Position numbers and translations under genes: made by a program. A stretch of 63,007 bases of DNA, filler included, from Reticulomyxa filosa (lineage: Eukaryota; Protista; Foraminifera): the NCBI GenBank assembly GCA_000512085.1. It is 19 parts of 19 records of this genome, joined end to end, with 100 filler letters (N's around TTAATTAATTAA, not from the genome) between each part and the next. Parts side by side here need not be neighbours in the genome. Positions count along the whole stretch, not along the records: positions 1 to 6,113 come from ASPP01035600.1; positions 6,214 to 14,052 come from ASPP01021545.1; 17 more parts are not named here. One strand, given 5' to 3'. Positions 1-11,265 of the stretch are shown here, piece after piece. The notes beneath the pieces are model-generated. The model searched no databases. It saw only the letters and a list, made by a program, of their open reading frames with translations, and had not been told where the DNA came from. Position 1 is the stretch's first letter. The number at the start of each line of letters is the position of its first letter.

Positions 1-540
1 TTTTCTTTTTTTGCAATTGCTTTTTTTCTTTTTGTGCGTGTGTGATGCTAGCAAATATTGCAAACTTTTGTGGTGTGCTTTTGTGTAAAGTTGTTTATTT
101 GCTTGAGGGTGTTTGTAGCAAAATCAAAGTAACTCGTTGACAATTGGTGTTATATCGCGATAATGACTCAAACAACAATCTCACTCTTCTTTTCACTCCA
201 AAGTTGTGCACTTTTTCAGTTCTGTAACTTTCAAAAAAAATTTGAGAAACGAAATGAATTATTTGCTATAGACGTCTGGACATACTTTCGAATTTATAAA
301 GAACGATGAAAACTCTAAATGAAATTAATAAAAGAGTTGGGTCTAATTGCACAATAAAAAAGAAAAAATTGATATACACTTGCCAACAAAACGATGGCAT
401 TGCTTGTCAGTCTTGATATATAAAATGTTAAAAAAAGAATGCAAATTGCATGATTAGTATTTTCAAATTGATCGAACTCTCACGTAACTCCTTACAGAAA
501 AAAAGACAAAAATTTTTTTTAATAATATAAAAAAGAAATG

Positions 541-722
541 TTAGCAAAGGCAGCCGGAGTGACAAATTGTTTGAACTTTTGGCTGTTGCTAGGTGTCATA
601 ATTCTTTGTGGCTTCTTAGGTTAGGTTTAGTTTCCGTTAGTGGTCACTAGCAAGTACACACCTGTTTTGTTTTTTAGGTACAAAGTCGGATACCCCCACA
701 GAAACTGCGGAGTTAAAGTACT
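541..722. ncRNA. Candidate structured non-coding RNA, unidentified
   Basis: GC-richer island in AT-rich DNA with several stems: TAGCAA..CAGCC/GGCTG.TTGCTA (541-592), AGGTGT/ACACCT, GTTAGTG/CACTAGC, and CTCCGCAG/CTGTGGGG on the minus strand. T-runs lie nearby on both strands. Confidence 0.3.
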
Positions 723-765
723 TTAATTCATAAGGTTATTGTTTATACACAATAGCAACAAAAAA

Positions 766-2580
766 ATGCAAAGTTTTTTGAAGCTGAAAGATTTTCTAAG
801 CAAGCATAATGTGGCCAATGCAGTTGCTGTTGCAAAGGCGATACACAAAAATGGAGTGACTTTGGAACATTTAATGGAATGGAGAGAAAAAGGGATTGAG
901 TTTAACTTTTTTTTGTTTAAAATAAATATTATATAACTCCCTTTTTTTTTTTGTATTGTAACAGAGATATGCGCAAAGAAGCGCAACTTGGATGGATGGC
1001 ATGTGAACTTTCAAAAAGTTCTGAATCAAAAGTTTACAAAGAATCTACAAAGACATCTACTCCACAAGTAATAATATTATATCCAAATGAACACGAAAGA
1101 ATTAATAAAATACACGAAGAATCGGAAGAGGTATCAAAGATAGTGGAACAAATAGAAGAAAAAATTGTAAAATTGGAAGAAAATTACAAAATATCAAAAC
1201 AAGACATTTCAAAAAGTTGTAAAATGATGATAAATGCAATTGAAAAACATGAGGAATATTTATTGAATAAAGTCGATACGTATAAAAATAAAAAACAACA
1301 AGTATTAACTGAATTACTAACTGAAGTTAAAAATGTGGAACAACAATTTAAAACAAAAGACGAACAAATTACTCAATGTATGCGTAATATTGATATTGAT
1401 CCCAATCAAAGAAGAGAACAATTAAAACAATTATTACAAAACGATTCTAATCTTAATATCGATTCTTTAAGATCCAATCAAATTATTCCTAACTTGGATA
1501 CATCTGTTAATGTTCAATTCACCAATGATCAAAAACAAATTAAACAACTTATTCAAATGATTGATCAATTACTTAAACAACAAATGATCATTGCAGAGTC
1601 TGGATCTATCATTTTGACTGATACCAAAGTGAAGGATGAAACAAAAGATCCAATTGTATCCATGAAATATAGTATTGAAAAAGTAAATAAACAATGGAAA
1701 AATAACTATGTATATCAATTGGAAATTTCACCACTTAATGATGATGATAATAATGATTGTCAACAATTCAAATGGAAAATGCTTAAAGAGATTCCAGCAG
1801 TACTTAATCAATCAAATGGAACAATTGAATTTGGAGATGAAAAAGATAATCTATTGGAATGGGATAAAAAGTATTCACTGAGAATGAGAGCATCATTTTG
1901 CCAAGGAATTTCTTTTACTACGTTCTCAAAATCAGTGACGTTTGATACGCCAATTCCAATAAAATTTGAGTCAGTAATATTGACAGAAAAAGAAAATCGT
2001 TTGTTATTATCATTTTTACCAAAAAAAGCAGAAAGTAAAGTGACATTATTATATCGTGGAAGTCGTGATGGATTTGGAGTAAGTGATTTTCATGAAAAAT
2101 GTGATAACAAAGGAGCAACAGTTACAATTGTATTATCTGATCAATTCAATCATGTTTTTGGTGGTTTTACTAATTTGCAATGGACGAGTAGAAATACTTA
2201 CGCAAATGATGCAGGAGCATTTGTGTATTTGTTGAGAAGTGGAAAAGGTGACAATCCTCAAAAATTCACTATCAAATCTGGACAAGAACAATATGCAATC
2301 TGTGACAGTTCGTCATGTGGTCCAAAATTTGGTAAGTAAAAAAATAAAAAATAAAAAAATAGGATCGATAACAATATTTATGTTCAAATGTTTTTTTGTT
2401 ATTGTTTTTATATCCATTTTTATTATAGGTGGTGGATCTGACTTCTACATTTCTGACAATTGCAATTCAAATAATAGTGGATGCACTCCACAAAGTTACA
2501 ATGGTCCAAGTGACAATACAAGACTGGCAGGTGCAAATAATTTCAAAGTGAAAGAGATAGAAGTGTATTTGGTGGAATGA
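766..2580 (+). CDS. Coiled-coil + TLDc-domain protein (introns approx. 900-964 and 2332-2428)
   Basis: C-terminal LLYRGSRDGF..FHEKCDNKGATVTIV..VFGGFT..GPKFG|GGSDFYISDNC..FKVKEIEVY is a TLDc domain. The GT-AG introns restore the reading frame. Confidence 0.88.
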
Positions 2581-2980
2581 AAAATAAAAGAATATTAGCT
2601 TGATTTTTGGTGAGTTTAATGTCTTGTGCTGCAAAATATCATGCTTGTCTTATTTGTAATAGTTGCCATTTTTGAAATTTTTGTATGCTAACGAATTATT
2701 GAAAGGACTGCTTTTGCTAGTGGGAATTTCAATTTGTTTTGGAGGATGTATTTTGCAAACATACAAAATCAATTTCTCGTTGTTGAAAGAAAAATGTGCT
2801 GAGCAAATTTATCAAAACAAACGGAAAAGATAAACTTTGCTGTCATAAACCAAAAAATTCTGACCTACCACAGTTCACAGCCACAAATAGAAGAAACTTA
2901 ATTTTGTTTTCCTTTTGCTGAGAAAAAAAGTTTAAAGGAAAAAGGAAGCATTCTCTAAAGAAACAAAGTTCATAATCAAC

Positions 2981-3511
2981 ATGGCCACTCAATTAACGGA
3001 AGAACAATTACGTCTTTTTTTTGAACGAGCTGATAGAGCCGAAAAATTGACACAGGCGTTGCAAAAACAAATTGAAGCCATAAAAAATGCTGGCGGAGCA
3101 GGTTAGAAGAATAATATTTTCTTTCAAAATTTCTGCGCAAATTTCTGAATCATGTTCGAAATTTCGCCGACTAATTCAATTTTTTGTTTTTGTCGTTTTT
3201 TATTTGGCGTTGCTGTCACAGCACCACCAGTAGGAGAAATTGATTCCTCTACAAAACAGCACATCATCACAAAGCTCACAAAACTGAGAGAAGAAGTGGC
3301 AGGATTGGAAAACAAAATTAAAAATGTACGTGTTTGTTGTTTTTCGGTTTGTGTCTTTTTGGTTTGTTGCCTCGTGCTGAATATGCGTGTGAATGTTAAT
3401 GAATGTAAACAATAGCTGGAAGAAGATAATAGCAAGTTAACAACAGAAAGAGATCAGCTTGCTTATCGTGTCAAGCACATGAAAGAAGCTTTGAAACAAT
3501 ATCAAAAATAA
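2981..3511 (+). CDS. Small three-exon coiled-coil protein (~106 aa), not assembled by the ORF track
   Basis: Exons 2981-3101, 3222-3325 and 3416-3511 splice (GT-AG) to MATQLTEEQLRLFFERADRAEKLTQALQKQIEAIKNAGGAAPPVGEID...LEEDNSKLTTERDQLAYRVKHMKEALKQYQK*. Confidence 0.8.
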
Positions 3512-6113
3512 GCAATCTCCTTTTTACTGGGACTATGCTTGTCTGCTACTTGGCACTGCAAGGGTGTCTTCATTATTTTGCAGTTTTTTTTTATGAATTT
3601 TTATTGTGACAACACGTGAGCCATTGCAATGTTGTTCCAAATACGGGCTCCATTTATTTCAGGAATGACTTACCATGCGTGCTTTATAGATATTTTTTAA
3701 AATAAGGATACTTCATCGTCTTTTGTTTTTATTAAAAAACAAAGTCACTCGATGCTACAAACTGTTCCATGAAATAAAGTTAGGGAAGTCACTGTTTGCA
3801 ACATTTGACGCTTTTTGAAAGCTTTTCTAAAAAATTTGCAGGGATAGGCCTTTTTCCCCAAAGCGAATCCAAAAACGACATAAGTGTAGTTTACGTTCAT
3901 TTGTCATTTTTGGTTTCTCTTTTTAAAAAAATGAACATAATTGCTTCATTTGTTCTCTTATTCATAGGATAGCACGCAAAATGACAGATTACAAATTTAC
4001 GCCTCCAATTAAAAATATAAAACAGTGGTTTCTTTATTTGATTTTCTTTTGCCTTACAAAGAGGCTGGCTATTTTGAATTTACACAATTGCAATACTTTT
4101 GCAAATAACAACAAAAGCTCAGTTTGATAGTGAGTCGCTACAACTATTAACAGCAAAAACAGTCACCATCTCAAGATTACTTCTGTATTTGCAAGAGAGA
4201 CGATTTTCTGCTTAAAAAATTCACAAAATTATTTCTACAAGTAACAGAAAACAATTGACAATTTTGTCTCTTTGGTCATTCAGCTGGTCAGCCCTTTTTT
4301 GTGTGGAAAAACCAAGTCTTGCTTGTTAAAAAAACCTGAGAATAATTGTATATTGAAGTACATCAAACTTTTTTACCAATTTACTGGATCAATATAATAT
4401 CGTGATCAAATCAGTATTTTTTATCACGTTATTCATGAAAAAATTGTTTAGCATAACGTGGTAACAATTCGAAAAAGTAATAAGACTATATTTTTGGAAA
4501 AACAAATTGATATTATCAACAGTATAACACTTTTCAACGAATCTACAGCACAATTGTTGTTTCTCCGGCAATAATTTTGTGACTCATACCAATAGCCTTT
4601 GGAGACAGTGAAAATAGATAATAATGCCATATAGAATTGAGCCATTTTAAGACGATCTTTTGTTTAGTTGATTTTTTCTTGTTTTTTAACAAAAAACTGA
4701 GAAAATTACTTTTGTTAGTATAATGTATTGCAATGCACTACTAATACATGGCTTCATATGAACGAGTGAACCCTTTTTTCATCAACAACATTCACTGTCT
4801 TCTTCTTTCACTTTTCTGTTTCTTATTTCTTTGTCAGTGAGTTGTTTATCTCTTTATTATTTAACTACTTTTGTTTTCCTTTTCGAAAACACCTTTTAGT
4901 AATTACTTTCGTATTACACTTGGTGCTACCTCAATCTTCCTATAATAAATTCAAATGCATTGTTTGTGTCTATTTTACAATAAAGTGGATTGGCATAGCA
5001 ATTTTCTTGCAATTTATCACGGTACGATCAACAAATCCAAATAATAGAAATTGGTTTGATATATAACTTTCATCTTCATACAACAATGCAAAAAATGTCT
5101 TAGAATAATTTGATAGCTGAGAACTCACTAAGACATCACTGACAATGAAGTACCTTTTTTGACATTTTTCTTGTATGTAAGTCAATCTTTCAACTGGTCA
5201 TTTGGTACACTATAAGTTTCCAATCATAAAACATCTTTTCTAAGGTACTTTCAATTTTATTTATAGAAACTCGTAAATTCTTCAAGCAGCATTGTCTTTT
5301 ACTTTTCGGCTGTTCCAATGTTTGATCAGTGCTAATACAATGCACCTTTCATGTTAATCTGGGCCGAAATATATTTATTATAATATTCTCTTATTAAATA
5401 AAAATCATTCAAATAAATTTATTTCACAATATTTTCGAAACACTAGTGACTTAATTTTCATAACTGGAAATCTTACATTAACACTAAAAACAAAAAAAAA
5501 AATAATATTTTATTTATTTATTAATTTTTTTTTTGCCTCCACCCGCCAGTCGCCGTAAAAACAGTCAACTGGCCTCTTACATTCAAATTATTATTTTTAA
5601 TTGAGTTTTTTTTTGCTGACCCTTTTTTTTTTAAAGAATCTTTTGTAAATTTTTTAATGATTTTTTTTTTATTGTTGTGAAATTTATTTTTGTTTATGTT
5701 TTCCATTTGGTTTTTTAGTGGTAGTGTGCTACTTTTTGAAATTTCGATGATCTTGATTTTGATTGATAAATTTTTTGGCGTGTTTTAAGCCGGGAACATA
5801 TTTGAGAAAATTTTGTATTGAAAAAGAGTGTTGATGTAGGTGCAATCAGATTGAACATGTTGCAGCAAATGACGAAACAAAATAAAAAATTTACGTTGGT
5901 GTTGTTTTTACAAAAATTTTTGCTGTTATGTAGGGCGTAAAAAACAGGGAAAAAAGCAACTTGCAACAAATATCAATCATCACAAACGGTTTTCTTTTTT
6001 TGTATCAACATGAAGCGATCATCCTTTTTTCTCCTTGAATTTTCATTACACGATTTTACGCAATGACTCTCTGATAACATCTTTGACGCAAATGAATTCG
6101 TAAAAAAAAAAAA

Positions 6114-6213
6114 NNNNNNNNNNNNNNNNNNNNNNNNNNNNNNNNNNNNNNNNNNNNTTAATTAATTAANNNNNNNNNNNNNNNNNNNNNNNNNNNNNNN
6201 NNNNNNNNNNNNN
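6114..6213. other. Artificial contig linker (first of 18)
   Basis: N-run/TTAATTAATTAA/N-run of 100 nt, giving stops in all six frames. Also at about 14053, 15299, 16453, 21287, 22573, 24049, 29773, 31747, 39685, 41515, 50469, 52497, 53698, 55333, 57306, 59452 and 61895. Adjacency across linkers has no biological meaning. Confidence 0.98.
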
Positions 6214-6267
6214 TTTTTTTCTTCCCCCCCCCCCCCCACCAAAAAAAAAAAAATTGGTTGCCAACTC

Positions 6268-6382
6268 TCTGTTCGGAAGTAAGAGTGCTTTGCGTGTTCT
6301 GAGAAGATGTGAGAGGCGTGTTTGAAGGTTGTGAAGAATTGGGACCAGCTCTCCATAGGTTTAATAGATTCGTTTGTCTCAT
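6268..6382 (-). CDS. First exon of a probable DNA repair/replication protein (truncated by contig end)
   Basis: MRQTNLLNLW is PIP-box-like. LTSEQR is followed by a GT donor and a low-complexity intron. Confidence 0.4.
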
Positions 6383-6787
6383 TCTTTATACTTGGCGTTT
6401 ACTATTTTATCTTTATTCTCAGTTCTTGACTTCCAAAAAACTAATACGCTGTGTTTTTTGGTCTATTTTTTTTAAGGCAAGACCCCTTTACTTTCGGGCA
6501 GAACTATACTTTTTAAAAAATATTAGTTAAATTTTTTCCAATTTTGTTATTTTTCATCCAAATCTGCTTTGGTTTTTCATTTTACTACTGTTCCCTGATA
6601 CGCTCCAAATCGAAAAAACAACAACTGGGCTTTAGGAATTATATTCATTTAAAATGGACAATATTTTTACATAATGTCAACATATCTATAAAAAATTGCT
6701 TGTGTTTCAAAGTGGAAAATTCGTTCAGGCGGGACTGGCCTAATCTCAAATAACAAACCCTTTTTTTCTAACCAGCAACTACCATTC

Positions 6788-8529
6788 ATGTTACCAAAAA
6801 GAATTGGAACTACGTTTTCAAAGCGTGCTGCTTTGTTCAAAAACTGTTAGTTTCGACCTTTTTTCTTTCTTCGGCGTCTTCATTGTTTTCAGTTGTTGTT
6901 TTGAGCGGTTTGAAAAAAACTGTGAAGTTTTCGTTTCAAAAATGCCAAAGGCGCACATACATTGTTAAAACAAGCGCATTTTCGTGGCTACAAACACCAA
7001 CAGCTCACCGAACAATTGCAGACCGTAGTTTCCGTTTGGCAAGCGTGACAGACTTGTATGCAGCTCAAAAATATAAAGAGAACATCGGACCTCTTCCATG
7101 GCTATATACAACCTCCGAATGTTTGTGTATTTTTCTTTCACATATTTTTTTTTAAAAAAAATAGCATTTTGCTTTTTTTGGCACAAATCAATGCACTCAT
7201 ACGAAGTTGTTGTTTGTGACGATATACATATCGAAAGTGTAAAAATCATGATAGTACATATTTTTGAAGCAACGGATTTTAATGTCTTTTTTTTTTTTTT
7301 TTTGTGTGTATACTTGATACATATGATAGTAAGGTCTCGTGATATTTCAAAGCAATTGGTGATTGATTTGTCACACGAACAAGGATACCGCCGAGGACAT
7401 GTTCCGGGCGCTGTTAATTTGTCTTTGGAAAAATTCAACTTTACAAGAAAAGTTGATGTTCATGGCGGAATCACCCGAGGTTTGACTGTTTCTTTATTTT
7501 TTTTTTTAATAAAAAAAAAAAAACGTCACTATTTTTTTGGTTGTTTGTTTTGTTAACACCACATTGCAATTAGATGAAATTTATAACGTGATGAAAAATT
7601 TGGGCTTGAGTAATGACACATCTGAAACCATTTTGTATGATAACTCGACGCTGGTTTGTTACGACATATTTATATATATATGTTATATATTATATGTTGT
7701 AGAGCCAAAGAGGATGATGTGCTTCCAACAACAATGTGTGCATTTTTCTTGGACAATTTTTGACAAAAGTAAAAGATGACCAATTTCTCGATTTATGTGT
7801 CTGTGGTGTGTGCGTGTTGTTGTAATTATGTGCTCGCACAAATACACTGGGGCTCGAATATAGTTGGCCTGTCGAATGTGGTTTGTTTTGCGATATTTTG
7901 GTTTCCGCAACGTACGTGTGTTGAACGGGGGCTGGCGCGCCTGGTTGAACTCAGGACTACCCGTGGACGAAACGTCAACGGTACCCAAACCGGGAGCCAG
8001 TTTGGACTTGAAACCAAAGAGAACTCATATTTTAACTACACCAACACAAATGGTGTTTGATGTTGAAAATAAGGCCTCCAAATACATTGATTCCAGAGAT
8101 CCTGCTGCTTATCAAGGTTTGTTTTGTTTACAGACTTGTTCATAATACAATGCAAATACCTGGTTCTGGGAAACAATTGAATTCAACTTTTGACACACAC
8201 ACACACGCGCACACATGACACCACTAATCTTGTCCACAGCGTATCACATTGACGGTGCTATCAATATTCCCTCGACGGAAGTCGTGAACAAGGCAAACTT
8301 TAAGAGTGTAGACGAGATTCGCAAGAGGGTCTCTTCAACTGGCGTGGATATTGAAGTTGACAAACTGATATGCTACAGCGGCGAAGGATTGTCTAGCGCT
8401 GTGAACTTATTTGCTTTGATGATGGTCGGAATAGACAAGGTGTCACTTTACGATGCTGGAATCAATAACTGGAAACAAAACTTTGACTCTAAACTCTCCG
8501 ATGACGCTGTGGACTTCCTCAAGCACTAA
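6788..8529 (+). CDS. Tandem-domain rhodanese / sulfurtransferase (TST/MPST-like), multi-exon, probable mitochondrial presequence
   Basis: Exons encode YRRGHVPGAVNL, ILYDNS, ACRMWFVLRYFGFRNVRVLNGGWRAW, IDSRDPAAY, HIDGAINIP and VSLYDAGINNW. The N-terminus is basic and lacks acidic residues. Confidence 0.85.
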
Positions 8530-9093
8530 CAAATTTGATCAATAAAAATTAAAGGGAGAAAAAGACTAAATAAATTTGTGGCTGTTGCCAAAATTGGATA
8601 GAATGACTTGTTTTCTTTTTTCTCTCGTAAAATTGTGGGAAACCAAAACACTTTTTCACTTGTGACATTTGATTCCAAAAAACAAATTTCTTGGAAACAC
8701 AATTTACATTTTTTGTATTATTTTATCACTTGTCCAACCACAAAGTGAAAGAATTTGATGGTTCCAATAAATTACCTATCATGAAACTTCTATTGCACAC
8801 GATTTTGTCGATGTGTAGAATTATATTCAATGTCGCTTTTAAAAACCATATAAAGTAATTGCCAAATTTGTGCCCCAGAGTCCTGCATAAACATTTTCGA
8901 TCAACTTCCTTTAATATCTTTAAAAGAGCTTAAGCCACATTAAGTTGACGACATTTCACTGTACTGATAGATCAAGACAAAGACGAGATCATAGTAGTAC
9001 AAATTAGAGATTTTCTTGTTTGAAAAAAGTTACCAAGGGAGAAAAAAGAACATAGGCCAATAAAACAACAAAAAACTTCTAACTACAAAAAAA

Positions 9094-10890
9094 ATGGCAG
9101 ATGAATTTACCTGGTGTTGCAAGAATTGCAATTTGCGCAATTCACCATCATTAAAATGTCGTGCATGTTTTAGCGCTCATCCCAGCAAGAGTGACTTGAC
9201 AAAACAGTTGCGAACGTACTTGGAGCGTTTTAAGCAAGAACACATAATAACGTACGTGGAACAACTGCCCCCACGACAGGCCAATCATTTGATCAATCAA
9301 ATAGCCTCAATTGACTTTCACGAAGTGAAGAGATTATGGGACACTCTGCGAGACAATTCTGCGCAATCAGATTGCAGTTAATATATTCATAAAAATCTCT
9401 CCAACAGCCTAGTCTAGTTAATGAAACCAATTTTTTGTAATGTTCCTTTGCAAACAAATTCGAAACAAGAGTCGATTGAGCCATTTCCGGTGTCTCTACA
9501 GTTTGACGTGGGTAGACAAAGCGAGTCAACGCTGAGTGAGTTGTGGGGCATAGGATTGGAAGCGATTGCCCAAAACAAATGCGGAGTGATTATATTGGGA
9601 GGCGGACAAGGGACACGACTGGGAGGAACAAAGCCAAAAGGAATAATTGACATTGGTTTGCTTTCCAAAAAAAGCCTGTATCAATTGCATTTCGAAAGAT
9701 GTACGAAAGTGAAACAATTGGCGAGCCAACAGACCAAAACACCAGTTTTGAAGCAAATATATGTGTATACGTATGTAAATATATACTTATGTATTTTTAT
9801 CCTTAAAAATTTTTTTTTTTTGGGGGGGGATCGTACCCCTTTTTTTTTTTGAATAATAAAACAGTTGGAACGGATTCATCTACCAATCTACATAATGACA
9901 TCTCCAGACACATACGATCACACACATGACTATTTGCTGGAACATAAGTATTTTGGTTACAACAGTAACGATATCATGCTGTTCAATCAAGAGTGTTTGC
10001 CGTGCTTGGATTTGAATGGAAGGATACTGTTGAATGACAAGGATGATATTGCCTTTAACCCCAATGGCAATGGCGGATTGTATACGTCATTGAGCAGGTG
10101 CGGTGGATTGAAAGACATGGAAACACGCAAGCTAGTATACGTGCAAGTGTTTGGGGTGGATAACATTTTGGCGAAAATTGGGGACCCTTATTGGTTCGGA
10201 CATTGTTTGAAAGAGAAAGTGAATGTGTCGAATAAGACATGCCGTAAAAGCACTCCGCATGAAAAAGTAGGGGTAATGTGCTTGCGAGATCAAAGGCCGT
10301 CGGTAATCGAATATAGCGAAATTAGCAAAGAAATGGCCGAACTACGACATAACGATAGTCACCATGATCTGGTCTATGGATGTGCAAACTTGGCGATGCA
10401 TTGCTTTAGTGTTGCGTTTTTGCGAAGCTGTGCTACAGAATACTATCGTCAAATGCCAATTCATAAGGCTCAAAAAGCCATCCCTTTTGTTGATTTGACC
10501 GCCAATACTCGAATTGTTAAACCGACATCGGAAAATGCTATCAAGTTGGAGTACTTCATTTTCGACACTTTCCCTTTTGCTGCTGGCAAAATGACAGTTT
10601 TCAATGTGCGAAGGAATGAAGAGTTTTCACCTATCAAAACACCCGAGTCTCTGCCAACGGCGAAGAAAGACTTGAGCAGCTTGGGAATTGAATATATCAT
10701 GGCGGCAGGTGGGGTTATTATCAACTATTTGTCCAAGAGCCAAAGTGGCTCGGAAAATGATAAACACTTATGTGAAGTGTCTCCTCTCTTGAGCTATGCT
10801 GGAGAAGGGCTTACTGGAATTGTCAAAGGAAAAACATTTCAACTGCCTTTACTATTGGAGAAAGGCAAACCGTTTCATGTTGTTTCCTGA
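9094..10890 (+). CDS. UAP1: UDP-N-acetylglucosamine pyrophosphorylase with N-terminal zinc finger (2 introns)
   Basis: GGGQGTRLG..PKG, SKKSLYQL, IYIMTS, PNGNGGLY, VDNIL, EKVGV, VIEYSE, KLEYFIFDTF, EEFSPIK and EVSPLLSYAGEGL motifs. Confidence 0.93.
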
Positions 10891-11265
10891 TTTTTTTTTT
10901 TTTTTGATCTTTAATTTTTAATTTTGGCAAACTGCGTTTCATATCATTCAATTATAATTTTTTTATCAGCAACTGAATTTCATTTTGCCTAACCATATTT
11001 TTCACAAGCATTTTCAAATGTTTTTTATTAAAAAAAGAATTGCATAAAGACCTTTCTGACTCATTTGCAACGTACACCTGACTTGATTAAGCATGCCGAT
11101 AATGAGTGCTCAAATGAATCAATCACCAATGTCTTGACACTGATAAAACTTATCACAGTTACTACAGAAACAAAAATGCGTTTTGTTGAAAGGGTGCACA
11201 TTTTTTTTTCGAAGTTGTAAAAATAATTTGAAGTTAAGTGAATTAATTATATAAAAAAAATTCAA

